Numbered from the whole stretch's first letter, positions 24,831 to 38,243 are shown. The stretch is 62,684 nt of DNA, filler included, from Rhabdomonas costata (GCA_019059605.1; 43 parts of 43 records of this genome joined end to end with filler, not necessarily neighbours in it); one strand, 5' to 3'. Program-made: numbers and translations. Notes: generated by a model from the sequence alone, not told the origin.

Positions 24831-26010
24831 TTGGGTTTTCCAAGGAGAAGCTCTCCGCCACCTGGGCGGAGAGCTTCTCCTTGGAAAACCGAACCTGCTC
24901 CGAGAGCCGCATGATGTCAGACTGCTGTTCGGCGATGCGGGCCTGGCTGGCAGCAGTGGCCCTGGCAAGCTCTGTGTTGAATTCTTGTCTCAGCACGTCC
25001 CGAACCTGCTGAGATTCCAGAACCGCGGCGTCGCGCTCCCCATCCAGGTGAAGGTTTTGTGCCTGAATCTCCATGAGCCTCTCCGTGGCATGCTCAAGCT
25101 GCTGCCCGACAGCTTTGAGCTCTTCGGTGAGCCGAGAGTTTTCGGCAAGGGCTGCGTCTCGAACATTTGCAAGGTCGGATTGAAGAACGGAATTTTCCTC
25201 GAGCAGGCGATCCCGCTCTTGCTTAAGCTTGTCCAAGGCCACATCGCGCTCCTGCGCTTGAAGCTGCGCCTTGCGAATGGTCACCCCCAGAGTGGAGATT
25301 TCCTGCTGCATGCGAACGGATTCTTCGTGCTTGGCGTCTCGGGTTGAGTGAAGCAGCTTAACACAATGAGAGCTGAGGAAGTCAGCTCGGGCAGAAAGTA
25401 TGGCAAGCAGTGAATCTAGATAGCTGTTGGCAATGTCCCGGCGGCCCATAGAAGCCCGAAGCTGAAGAACTTCCCTGTCAGACTTCTGCAACAAGGATTG
25501 CAACAAGAAGTTATCCGCATTTAGGCGGGAAAGAGTCTCAGCCTTATCGCTCGACTTCCGCTCCGCTATTTGCAGCTCCTCCGCAAGGTACCGATTTTCG
25601 GCTGAATGTTGCGCACACCGCTGCTCAGAAAACGCCACCTGCTGCAGAGCACCCCGAAGGATGGCATCTTCTTTGCCCGTGGTGAACATTTCCACGGTCA
25701 AGAATTGAAGAGATTTAAGAAGGCCTTGTGCAGCAAACAGCGTATGCTCCAGGGTCGACCGGGCATCAACGAGCACCTGCTTTTCGGAGCTCTCCGGAAA
25801 CTCAGGGATGGATGCTCTTAGGCGATCGAGAACTTCCTTCAGCTCCTTAGCAAAGCTCGTGACTTGACTCACCAGACGAGATTTCACCTCCATGAAGAGC
25901 GCATCCCGCCGTCGCGATTCTTCTTCAGGTGTCGCGCTCACACCACGTCTTTCTAGGGTGGAAAGAAGTCTTGCTTCTGTCTCCGCAAGGCTGTCTTGTA
26001 ACGATCTCAC
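24831..26010 (-). CDS. Long coiled-coil protein fragment
   Basis: About 390 uninterrupted codons, E/L/Q/A/R-rich with heptad periodicity, running off the contig. Confidence 0.8.
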
Positions 26011-29000
26011 TGGGCAAGTGGCATCGCTTCAAGCACATCGGGATGAAGCCCAAGAGCAGCACTCATTTTGCTTTCTGGCTTTACGAGAGCACCTTTCGGA
26101 TATTGAGAACATTGCCCACGTTATTGCTCCCAGGAAACTACACCCAATATCTGCTTCTCTGTCTTCTTTGTTTCTGCTTTCAACCCACCCNNNNNNNNNN
26201 NNNNNNNNNNNNNNNNNNNNNNNNNNNNNNNNNNTTAATTAATTAANNNNNNNNNNNNNNNNNNNNNNNNNNNNNNNNNNNNNNNNNNNNGGGGTGTGTT
26301 TGCTCTTCAGTGTTTCGTTCGGTTTGGTTGGGGTGGCTTTTGGCCTTTTGTTGTAACCATAGGGTCTGCTCACCTTGTTGCGGAGTTACGGTGATTCAAA
26401 GACGACCTTTGGACCAATGCAGCGTGCCTGTGTGGGTGACAATGTTCGTCGGCTTTGCAGTGCACGTGTGGTTCGTTTTCGAGCTTCGGCACACACACAC
26501 ACACACACACGGGGTCAGCACGCCCTGATGAGCGGAGTACACCGCAAAGCTAGCTAACGAGCAGATCCCGGCCCAGTGCCTCAACACACACGCCCTCGTT
26601 TCCCGGTTGATTCGTTGGTATCTGATGGCCACCAAGAACAGCAAAGGTAGAGCAGACGTTCAGGTTTGCACGATAACGGCGACATTGGCACAAAGATACT
26701 CGAGTGATCGGAAGGGGGGGACAAACTAAGTTACCCAGGAATAGGATGAAAACGAAGGGGGCGGACAGGTCGGATGAGTGACAGCTGGCAGAGTAAGAGA
26801 GGGGGGTAGAAGCTGAGAGTGGATGAGGTGACGGTGGGAGACTATTTACTGGACGGGATACGAATTTGCACGATGGCAAAGAGAAGAACAAAAATGCACA
26901 TAAACAATGCCGGAGCGCCAGCCCTTTCCACCCTCTAATCGAATAATCCAACAGCTAATGCGCCAGGGGAGAGGGAGAGGAGCGCTTCGAGCTGCAGAGC
27001 TGGGCTAGGCTGGAACCCGGTGGCCTGGGGGCAGTGTCCCTTTGGCACGATGCGAATAATAAGAATGAGGACTGAAAGGGCTCCCGTTCCACAGATGTCA
27101 GTCGGTGGACGAACGTCGAAGTTGTTCCAGCCTAATATAATAACCTAACGGCTTTAGCCAAATGACCCAAATCAGCGCTCCAGACTCGAAGTGGCGGATG
27201 CATCTCCCTCACGGCTGTCTGTGGTGTGCAGGATTTGTCTGTTTGTTTTGCAGCTAAGTGTCTCGGGTAACTATTCCGAGAGAAATTTAAGCACAGGCAT
27301 AAACGTTCTTAAAACGAAGCATCGCGTTTTATTTTTGTGGATGATTTTTTGGGGTGTAGTCTATGCAACGGTTGCGCCTCTACTTTGGAGGAGGGAGCGG
27401 GGGGGGAGGTTACTAAACCTGACCTGTCGCGGCAGTTTCTTGAGAGGTCCCTTGTCAAGGCACTACGTCTCCCCATAGCCTCAAACTTCCGCAGCCGCGC
27501 CCGGCCGGAAATGTTGCATAATTCCTACTCATCCGCCAAACCCCGACAGGGGGCTAGCTCACGATGAGCATTGGGGGAGGGAGGAGAGTCAAAAGCCACC
27601 CCTAACCAACACATCTTAGGAACACCGGTTTTCCTTCCTCCCACCAACCNNNNNNNNNNNNNNNNNNNNNNNNNNNNNNNNNNNNNNNNNNNNTTAATTA
27701 ATTAANNNNNNNNNNNNNNNNNNNNNNNNNNNNNNNNNNNNNNNNNNNNGTGGTGTTGGGCGAACCCCTCGCCTTATTCTGCAATCCCTTTCTTATCCCT
27801 CATGGTGTATGTATGTGTGTGTGTTTTGAGGGGTTTGTGTGTGTCCCCCAGCGGACTGGGAGAACGCAGTAGGTTTGAGCTCCCTAGAACCGCGGTTTAT
27901 TGCCCATTGACGATTCCCCCCCAAAAAAAACCTCCGTCCAGCAGCTGATTTCTTGCAGAGGGGTGATTCGTACCCCGAGAAGCAGCGATGCAGCGTGAGA
28001 GCATTTGAAATCCCGCTGGAAGCAGAAGAAGACCTCCACCAAAACAATGCGACTGTCATGCTTTGTGTGTATGTGTGTGCACAGGAGCAGCTAGGGTCAG
28101 CACGAGAGGGGAGAATGGCAGCGAGAAGTGGGAGACCAGAGAGGGAGTGAGGAAGCAATACGGAGGGCTCACAAGGCACACAGGGATGCCCGGGCAAGCG
28201 GAGAGTGGAGAATAGTGAGGTCCAGATGGCAGCAGGGACAGAGTAAGGTAACCATGCCCGTCCACCAGGAAACCGGTCTAAGCCTGGAGTGGGATGGAGG
28301 ACCCAATCCCACAAGGGCAATAGCGCCCAAAGGGAAGTGTACGAGCGCAGAAGGTTGGGTACCCTCAAAGAGATCTCTAAACGCGCCAATCGGGGTTCCC
28401 AAGGCCCCGCGTACACTGTGGATCGGGGGTCACATAAGATAAGCCAGCCCTACGTGACAAGGCAGCGGGACAAGGTACCATGGGCCGACACGGGTGTGAG
28501 GCCCGATGGGCCATCGAAAGGTTCCAGGGGGGAAGTGGACCTCGAGCCCCCTTTTGCGGCGTGAAGCCCGCAGGTGGTGCAAAGCCCGAAATGCGGACCA
28601 ATCTGGGTTCCCGTCCTAGGATCATATGCTCCGCATCCAATTAAAAGTGAGAACTTGATCAAACCCCAAAACTTGCATGCAGTAAAGTCCTCTTATGAGC
28701 TGTTCGGCAGCATAAAAAAAGCTTGGTTTTTTGACCAAAACCTTTCGCGCTATAAATCCGAAATCGTAAACTTTCATACAGCGAGCAGAATTCTCACTTT
28801 TGAGTGACGCGGGCAATATAACTGATGTGTACACAAATTTGCAGGGCGCTAAATCGGAAGCTATCCTTATGGTGGAAATAGTTCGGCGTGTGAGTGGATG
28901 GCCTGCTGCCGAATGCGTCCTCGAATACACTTTCAACATTTGTGGTTTGAATTGGATCCGCCTTCATGAACGCACACACGCGCACACACACCCCTTAAGT

Positions 29001-29342
29001 CCGCACGGCAGCGTTCGCTCCAACGGCACCTCTCGCGAGCACCCGTGGTCAACAGCGCGTGCGCCCGTCAGTCCACAGTGGTCACCAACACAACCAAACA
29101 CACCCACCACNNNNNNNNNNNNNNNNNNNNNNNNNNNNNNNNNNNNNNNNNNNNTTAATTAATTAANNNNNNNNNNNNNNNNNNNNNNNNNNNNNNNNNN
29201 NNNNNNNNNNATAGGGAATTTTTTAGCCGAAGTCCCGTTGGCCCTGGATGGGAGCATTACCTACACCTGCCGTTTCTGCGCCAACAACCGCCGTATCCAC
29301 TTCTCACCACCTTGCGCACGCTCGCACGCACACTCCCTCACG

Positions 29343-29982
29343 ATGCTTCGCCGAGCTTTTGTGCGGCTGATGGAGGGCCCTGTGGTGTCCCCTGGGCTGC
29401 GGCTCCGGCAGCTCGCGGATGCGCACTGGGGGAAGGTACACGCCCAGCCCCCGGAAAAGCTTAAGGCCGTGCGGGGCCGTGCGGAGGCCTTCCTGGAGAG
29501 GCTCACCCCCTTGCTGGAGGCCAGCGCCGCGAAGTACGGGATTAACTCCTGGAACCTGGTGTGCCTGCGTGGATGTTGGGGGTTGGGAATATATCATGCA
29601 CAAGAGGAGGGCGTCTTGCGTCCATCCCCTCTGGACGAGCAGGAGCACTCGCTTTCCCTCACTGCCCTCGATCCACATGGTGCACGAGAAGTCACACCCT
29701 CCGCGCGCCCCGCAGTGAATCGTTTGGGTTTTCTTCCAGAATCTTTTTAATAGGCTGGGAAGCGTGACGGATTTGTTTCCGAACTGCAGATTGTACTCAT
29801 GCTAGAGCTACCACAGGGCTGCATACATTGCACCGGGATAGGACCTTTGAGCAATGCTTTTATATGGTGCCATTGTGAGCTTTTGCTTGATGAGGTCGCC
29901 TTTCTTCCATTGTTTTCCTTTCCCTTCCTCTCAGGAGTACCTTGCCGAGTACGCGGACGAGGACATCTCCCCCCAAGTGGAG
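29343..29982 (+). CDS. Unidentified protein with a probable mitochondrial presequence, first 2 exons
   Basis: Exons 29343-29558 and 29935-29982 (phase 0, GT-AG): MLRRAFVRL...KYGINSWNL-EYLAEYADEDISPQVE. Confidence 0.7.
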
Positions 29983-31380
29983 GTATTTTACTCCTCAGTT
30001 CTCTATTTATGGAAAACAGCCTGCCAGCAGGGAATGTGGTGAGGAGGGAATGTCGCAAGCACGTGCTGTGACGTCCTGGACTTGGAGAAGCTGACCGCGA
30101 ATAAGTACTGCTTCCCAATTGTTAGTGGAATCTGGGCAGCGAAGGCGAAGCGACGGGAGACGAGCAAAAAGACGCCAATTTGAAGCATTGAGAGAAAATG
30201 TTCGTTGAAGAGGCCTCAATCTGTACAGACAGGCAATGCATCCCACAGTGGCAGTTGGTTTTGATGCCAAAAGTGTGTTCAGGAAACGCTTATATCAAGG
30301 GCAGTCGCAGATTTTCTTTAAATAAGAAGGAACGCAGAGGGCGAAGCCGAAGCAGGCCTGGGGTTTTTTGTATATACAGCAGACCTCCCGAAGCGTTGCG
30401 TGGCCGGTCCTTGGGGTAGGAATTTTCTGACCTTTCCCCCTCGGCCGGTTGTCGGCTCTTTAGTATTCCTTTTGCGCCGCTTCATGCTTATGCTTCATGG
30501 TGCGGAGGGTTTACGATAGCACCCACAACGTATTTACACACTCTCCCTTCACCTCACCACCACCAACACNNNNNNNNNNNNNNNNNNNNNNNNNNNNNNN
30601 NNNNNNNNNNNNNTTAATTAATTAANNNNNNNNNNNNNNNNNNNNNNNNNNNNNNNNNNNNNNNNNNNNTTGTTTTGTTAGTTTAGAACAGTGTGTGTGT
30701 GCGGCGGGGGGGGGATTAGATGTGAAATGCTTTCCGCAAACCCAATTTCCTGAGCCAAAGCGGGTTTGCCAAAATTCACCTCCTGAAGAGAATGATAGAA
30801 GGACTGGTCACCACAGAACCCTCCAAGGCCACAGCGGTGGGTGTTATCCCAATATGTGCCGCAAAGTCAGAGGATGCGCACGCGCGCCGCTCTGTTGTCC
30901 TGGGAAAAGACCAAAACAGGGAAACAGGGAAACGGCAAAGCGAGCGTCCACCAACCAAGAAAAAAGAGAAATGATCACGTTCACTTGCACACACACATGC
31001 ACATACACAAACTCTATCTCTCTCATTTGGGTGAGGAATGTGGAAATGTGTGGTGGCGCAGGAACTCGGGTCCCGCTGGAGCCTGATCCTTAATTATGAC
31101 ATTTTCTCGATTGAGGATTGAGGGGGAGAGAGAATCCCCTCTTCGGCTCGTGGAGGCAGCACGGGCTGCAGCCACTGGTGGTCCCCCTGGGGAGCTGGGG
31201 GAAGCGAGCAAATGCACGGCCCACTCGTTGTTTGTTCACCGAGAGCTTCAGGTTCTGCATTCTCAATGGAAGGGCACCATGAGAACGCGCTAGCTGTCTG
31301 AGGTATTTATTTGAGAGGCCCCCCTCCGATGGGCACTGGCCACCCACCCTCACCCACACATCCACACACCCACACACACG

Positions 31381-31383
31381 CTC

Positions 31384-31420
<37 letters not shown>
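31381..31420. repeat. (CT)n microsatellite; (GCGT)n nearby at about 31633-31660
   Basis: Seen directly in the sequence. Confidence 0.95.
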
Positions 31421-31422
<2 letters not shown>

Positions 31423-32130
31423 AGAAATTACACCTGTGATGTCCCTCTGGTATGGGCTGAGCGTCGCCGCAGCTTGTGCGGCGCTGGGCGAAAGAATGCC
31501 CTTCGCGACAGCCCCTGGAGAGGTCACCGAGGCCGCCCAGGCTCCACGCGCGGAGCGCAGGCCCCGGTCTCCTCCCGCCAACTCTCGCGCAGTAGGCGCA
31601 CTACAAGAAAAGTGTGTGTTTGTGTGTGTGCGCGCGTGCGTGCGTGCGTGCGTGCGTGCGGGCGTTTGTATGAGGGGACTATGTGGTTTCGGGAAGAAGG
31701 TGCTTCGTGGAAATGGTCTGCCAATGTGGCTTCTGGTGGTGGCTGTGACAGGTTCTGTGTTGGTGATTGAGGGACGGCTTCACGAGCCACTCACCAGCCG
31801 CGTGTCACTCCACGTACCAATCAACAGTGAGCGAGCGATAATATAGCGTCACCCTACAATTTCCAAGAATCGACAGAATGCGTCAAAAGCTGACCTGAAG
31901 ACCTGGGCAAGGGACGAACAGCACCCAATGCCTGACAACAAATGCTCGAACACGCAGAAGCACGGCAAACACACCTGTGAAAAGCACATACGCTACCCCG
32001 AGGCACGGCGGGCAGCGGCGCCAACCCCCCNNNNNNNNNNNNNNNNNNNNNNNNNNNNNNNNNNNNNNNNNNNNTTAATTAATTAANNNNNNNNNNNNNN
32101 NNNNNNNNNNNNNNNNNNNNNNNNNNNNNN

Positions 32131-33105
32131 GTGTCGTGGCGATACCGCCCCTGGGTCTCTGCGCAGTACGTGTACTCCGCGGACTGCTTGGGGCACTTCC
32201 GGAAGGGAATCTCGGCCAGCACCAGGTAGAGCTTGTACATCGCGATGGCCTCATCCACACACTTCTCCTTGGACAGGTTCTCCAGCTTGCACTTCATGAA
32301 CTTTTCGCGGGCGGACTCCAGGGGCTGGGACATGCGGAACCAGTGGGAGAAGCTGTACATCACATTCCTTGGGATACCCATCGAGAAAATGCCTGCAGGG
32401 CAAGAAACGGGTAGGATCACCCCCCCCGCGCGATCGGCAGAAAATCATTAAAATCAGTGGCCGAAAAGAAAAGACATCCATAATAAAACGGAAATCTAAC
32501 TAACTTGGCGCGTGAATTGAGGGTTTCTTCCCAAATGCAAATTTTTAATGACATTTAAACCAGAAAGTCACAGCGCGTGCAGCAAAAAAGAACTTGTGGC
32601 AGGTCCTTTGGAGCTTTGAGGAAGCTTGACCGCAAGAGTCTTAGCAAAAAGAAAGTGGAGAGAGTGGTTAAGTGGGTGAGCGTCCAAATTCATCAGTAAT
32701 TTGATTTTGATTTCCCATCTCAAAAATCAAGCTTGTTTTTCTTCCCCATAATCCGATCCACAATTGATTTTTTGCGGAATGCAAAGGCAAACGGACAGCA
32801 ATGTTACAGTAATGGAATGGGCCAAATCAGCTGCTGTTGGAACCTTCGTAGTCAGCCTTGTCCTGCTCGGTGGGAACCGCGAGGGTTCCAAAGTGCTGGC
32901 GGTGTGGGTGTGACAGAATGTCGTCCATGATGGCCTCCACGTTGACCGTGTCATCCGGGGAGACCTGGGTGTCCAAGTACTCCCGAATGAGAACACGCTG
33001 CGTCACCTCAGGCCGGTGGGAAACGTCGACAGGGTTTCTGGCCAGCCATGGGGAGTTCTCTTCACGGATCTTGTTCCACAGAGGGGTGCTCTCGGGAACT
33101 CCCAT
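32131..33105 (-). CDS. NDUFA8: Complex I accessory subunit NDUFA8-like (CX9C) with N-terminal extension
   Basis: Exons 33105-32844 and 32392-32131 (451-nt GT-AG intron, phase 1). EKFMKCKLENLSKEKCVDEA...KCPKQSAEYTYC aligns with NDUFA8 EFMLC..E.DPRRCL.EG...HCAEPFTEYWTC. Confidence 0.65.
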
Positions 33106-34688
33106 CTGGCCACAAAACCCAAAATATTCTCAACGGGAAAGATGGCAAGAAAAAAGGAGGAGTCTGTGAGGGAAAACACCACGAGAAAGAAAAACCATGG
33201 GGCACTTCTCTGTCACAGCGCAAGAAATTCAGGGGCTTGAGTTGGTGAGATCACTAGCAGCGCCACAGTGAAGCCACGTTGCAACGCGTAACCCAGAGAC
33301 CTACCCTACTAAGATAGTGCATGTGAGCAGAGCCCAAGTGAGAGATGTCCTACCTTTTTTTTTTGAATTTTTTGAATTTTTTGAAATGTCCTACCTCAGG
33401 TGTTGCTTTTGCTGTGATGGTGCAACTAGAGTGAGGCCGGGACCATGGGGCCCCTTGTTGTCTTTGTTGTCGTTACGCTACACCACCCCCNNNNNNNNNN
33501 NNNNNNNNNNNNNNNNNNNNNNNNNNNNNNNNNNTTAATTAATTAANNNNNNNNNNNNNNNNNNNNNNNNNNNNNNNNNNNNNNNNNNNNGTGGGGGGGT
33601 ATGCCTGAGTATCCAACGAGATGGTAAGGCAGGATCTATTCGGGAACCAGAACCCCCAAATTAACCGTCTTCTGGGGGGCCTAGCTTGGGATACCCGTTA
33701 TTTTAACCCCCTCCCCATCTCGTTGGATACTCAGGCATACCCTCCCTGGACGAATACTCATTGGCCGACAAATGCTGCACTGCACTCACAAGTTGATGAT
33801 CAAGCAGTCCATTGGATTGCGAAAACTCCTGGAGCTCTACCAGCACGTCAGGAATACTCTCACGGGTCGGGTCGTCTAGAAGCTCGCCAATTCTTTAGGT
33901 CTACCAGGTCTGCGAATCAAGTTTCACGTTATAGCTATTTCAGTATATTTTCCCTGGAATGAGCCGATCTCATTCGCAGGCAAGGAGTGGTGATCAAGAA
34001 CACGCAGTTGCAGCGAGTGAATCCAAAGACTAATAGTAGAGCCGCTCATGAAAACAGTGAGTTTAGTTCCAGGTGCCGTTGGCTTTAACCAAGCTCGCAG
34101 TGATTAAAGGCCGGGGGTGCGCTGATTCAAAGCGAGCTCTCAAAAAGAAAAAAGAAGCTCCCTTAAAAAACACTGAAAATCAAAACTTTTATGTTCTTAA
34201 TGAACAAGAAAAAAAGAAGTGCCAACAGAATTCATGGGACCTCGCAGTTGGCAATTGCTTAACTGACACACTTGCTGGAAAACACGGGAAGGAGGGTTAT
34301 GCCAAGTCAACACCTCGCACCCAAACCTGAAGCAAAGTCAACGAACCAAGGCACGCAGCGAAGTGCACGGACTCGAATATCTGAATCTCCGAAAAAAAAA
34401 TGGCGCAATGTGTGCACCACCAACACTCAGGGGCCGAATGGGCGCGTGGAGAACGAAAGAAATGCTGTGCAAGCTCGAAGCCTGCAAATCATAAAAATCG
34501 AGAAACCATAATAAAGACACTATACACATTGCAATCTACTCCGACAAAAGCCGGGTAGAGGTGGACCGATAAATCTGGAAAAGGCATGGAAGTGCTTGAG
34601 GGACGAGGCAGTCAACGTCACAAAACAATGAGAGACGGAGGTGAACCAAAACTAAATTTACTCATAGAGTGACCCAACATGAGAACGA

Positions 34689-34943
34689 TCAGTTCGAGCC
34701 AATCATGTCTTCCGGCCGCACCCACTTGTCAAACTCCTCAGCTGTGGTGTACCCCAGCTGCATGGCGGCTTCCTTGAGGGTGAGGCCCTCCCTGTGAGCT
34801 TTCTGGGCAATCTCGGCGGCTTTGTAGTACCCCACCCGGGAATTCAGCGCCGTCACCAGCATCAGCGACTGGTCCAGAAGCTGCTTGATTCGGGGCCGGT
34901 TGGGCTGCAGCCCGGCGACGCAGTTGTCGGCGAAGGATACACA
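34689..34943 (-). CDS. fumC: Class II fumarate hydratase, C-terminal part
   Basis: [84 protein letters not shown]; this frame is absent from the ORF track. Confidence 0.95.
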   Translation of the reverse strand, partial: CVSFADNCVAGLQPNRPRIKQLLDQSLMLVTALNSRVGYYKAAEIAQKAHREGLTLKEAAMQLGYTTAEEFDKWVRPEDMIGSN

Positions 34944-35072
34944 CCACCCCNNNNNNNNNNNNNNNNNNNNNNNNNNNNNNNNNNNNNNNNNNNNTTAATT
35001 AATTAANNNNNNNNNNNNNNNNNNNNNNNNNNNNNNNNNNNNNNNNNNNNTGTGGTTGGTACCCACAACCCC

Positions 35073-36211
35073 TGGCAGCGTGGGGTCGACTAGCCGGCAC
35101 AGCACCTGCGGGAAGCACCGTTGGCGGGCCAGAGGTCACAGGGATGAGACACGAGCACAAGGAATGACACCTGGGTGGGGTGCAATACTATAGAAAGAGG
35201 AAAATCTCGAAAAAGGGCAAGCCTAGCACTAGCCTAGGAACAAGGAAGAAAGATCGGGTGTACAAATCAGATCAAGTCACAGCAGCTGCAGCATAACGAA
35301 GTAGACAACGTAACGCATGCAACTAAAGAAAACCGAAGAAGAAGAGAAGGACAGGGCGTGTCCGTGTGTGTGAGAGTATATATGGAGGGGGGGGATTGTC
35401 ATGCGGTCGAGAGTTTACTTCTTCCAATCGATCACTTTCCCATGGCAAAATCACATGGCTGATTTTCGAAAAGAAAAACTAAGGCGAAACCTACTGTCCA
35501 ACCTCCCGCCTTGGCCTGAAAACGACTAACCCCTACACAGCAAAAGTAGCACCTGGAATACTGCCACAACCTTGCAAAGAGGGGGTGGAGAGGAAGCACA
35601 CCTGTAGCACGGCCTGAACGGCGCCGTACTCCAGAAGGTGAAGCCTGCAACTGGGGCTCATGTGGGCCAGACCGTTGAGAATCGGGAGCACCTTCATCAG
35701 CAGCTCGTGAGCCGCAGGGGTCACAACCACCGCAGGGGTGACGCCAGCCTTTGCATATTTGGTACTCGATTTATTATCATAAATTTCGCAAACCGCTCTG
35801 CCACAAGGCGTCTGTTTTTTAGAGGCCCTTAATTCTGTCGTTTACCAAACAGTCGCTGTACCATTTTCCGAGCTTATCCCATTGCACGTGTGCATTGCTG
35901 ACAGAACCATATGAATTTTTCTGCTTTTGCGTTCTTTACCGGAGTTCGTTTGCGTTCCTGATAACTCATACGTTGTGAAATGTGTGGTTTTGACCCACCT
36001 CCATTCAACCCCGTAGTCTTTGCAAGAACAGTCTCCACACCTCGCCGCACACGGGAGACCCCGCCCCAGGTGCGCCGGCCTGCTCCGCAGGTGACGACAG
36101 GCTGGTAGGGGAGGCTCGCCCTGCCCTGCCCGAGGGCAAGAGGCTTATTGTGGGCCACTGCGGGGGATCAGAGCCCTCCGCAGGGGGACCCAGCTGAGGC
36201 AGCAGGTCGGC
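35073..36211 (-). CDS. Hypothetical protein (low-complexity linker plus ARM-like helices), 3 exons
   Basis: Exons 36211-36041, 35748-35602 and 35105-~35073 join in phase 0 with GT-AG borders. Confidence 0.55.
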
Positions 36212-38243
36212 CTGCAGCAGTAGCAGAAGCCGGTGGCAAGCAAACCGCTCCAAGGTCAGGAGCAGCAGAAACACCTGTGCATTGAAGGAAGGGGCGTACG
36301 GAGGACCCAACAATACAGTGAAGCTTTCCGCAATGTATTTCAGATGTCTGCTGAGTATCACATACAGACGAACCCTGTACCGGGAGATAAAGGGGAGATA
36401 TACAACACANNNNNNNNNNNNNNNNNNNNNNNNNNNNNNNNNNNNNNNNNNNNTTAATTAATTAANNNNNNNNNNNNNNNNNNNNNNNNNNNNNNNNNNN
36501 NNNNNNNNNCAGTCATTTTGTACAAATCTTTGGAGGTTTGTAAGCCTCCGACTCTTTCTTTGTTCAAGTGCTGCTGTGCTTTTTGCTTTCGTTCCACGAC
36601 CCGCCCACCCAGAAAACGTGCTGTCGGTCGGCATGGTCGGCTTTTTTGTTGTGTCAACGACCGTGCGGTGCCCCTGTTGGCGTGGCAGATGTTTAGTGCG
36701 TTTTGTTCCATCTGGAGGGGGAGGGGTGGTTGTAATCATCCGTAGAAAAATAGTGATACACTTGGCATCACAAACAGCAAAAAGAGCCTTTCGCTATTCT
36801 GCTGACCGCCCGTGAAACCTGTCCCACACCTGCTGTGATCTAAGAATTCTTCCCAGCCCCGTCCCCTCAACTAGAACCGCCGCTTTTGCGGCCAGTTTGC
36901 GGTTTTGAAGGAGGACGCCTGGGCGGCAGAAAGCCGCCTTTTGCAGCAGCAGTTGAGTGTCTTTGATAAAATGGAGACGCGGGGTAAGTTTACGGACCCT
37001 GAACGACCGCCAGATCACGGCCCAGGTTTCATTGCACCCGCCCATTCATACCCATCTACGACAAAGTTCAAGAATATAACCTCTACGTAAGTGTGTGTAT
37101 CTCTCGAATGCACACCCCAGTGAAGGAAGACCCATGAAGCATATAGGGAGAATAAAATCGAAGGCTCGTTTACGTGAGAGATGCCCCCCCCAAAAAAAGC
37201 ATGCACCCCGTTGCGCTTTGGAATTTTGTAGGGTGCGTATTTGGCTTGTCAAGGCCAACAGATACAACGGCCACGGCCATACAACGGCACACATCCGCAC
37301 GAAGCAGAGAAGCTTCTGCTTCTCGAAATGGACTTTACTTTGTTTTCTTTCCTTTGCTTGCTTTGCCTGGGAACCCTTTGGTGGACCTTTGTGATGTTGT
37401 CGCCCATTGTCCTCTCGCTTCGGTTCCCCCGGTCACAGGTGCCGGTATGGAGATACGGTCTTTTATTCTCCCACGGTTCGAGTCCAATTTCAAATCAACC
37501 CACGAGCAGTGTGGGGTTCACCCGCCCCGGTTCCCATAGGTCGCATTGTCAAAGCGGCTTTGTGATTTAATAAGGCCGGAGTTCCAAGGGGCAGAGATGG
37601 GCGAAACTTAACCAACAACAAGGCAAAGCTTCGCCGCGTGAAATGCCCTGGCTCCCGATGGCCGCTCTATTCTCTATTGGCACCTGAAAAGTTGAAGCCA
37701 AATTGGGAACATAAACCTCCAAACAGAACCCGGGGCCGTTCTGGAAGGGCGTTTACTCACTCAAGCCGTTCCCTTTTGTAAAGCCCCACATTGTTCAAAT
37801 CCCCCCGGAGAAAAAGGGTAATATAAACTATTTCTGCGCGCCAACAAGGCTTGGCCCGCGGGTACGGTTNNNNNNNNNNNNNNNNNNNNNNNNNNNNNNN
37901 NNNNNNNNNNNNNTTAATTAATTAANNNNNNNNNNNNNNNNNNNNNNNNNNNNNNNNNNNNNNNNNNNNGGTTGGTGGTTGGGACACAGGCCAGCTGCCG
38001 CCTAGATATCGAAGTTTTCTTAAAATTTGATTGTTTAACGCTGTTAAACGTTTTGCGCCCCCCTCCCCAATACAACGGCACCCTCGAGCCTGGAGGGATC
38101 TCATCCCACCTTTGCATCATCTTTACAACCTGTTTCAGTCCATTCGGCAAGAAAGTTTGGTCCTGGGAAACAAGCGATACTACAAGGCTTCTTGCATTCA
38201 CACACACACACACACACACGTATACACGACACTACCCAGAGAC

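Noticed and set aside
26512-26570. Hammerhead ribozyme-like CTGATGA followed by the stem gcgg-agtaca-ccgc
   Set aside because: The core GAAA lacks its G, and no stem I or stem III with a UH cleavage site can be formed
28200-28470. Weak similarity to the DIRS RT/RNase H connection (also RLLGGLAW near 33665)
   Set aside because: Only a few matching residues and no YxDD or other anchoring motif
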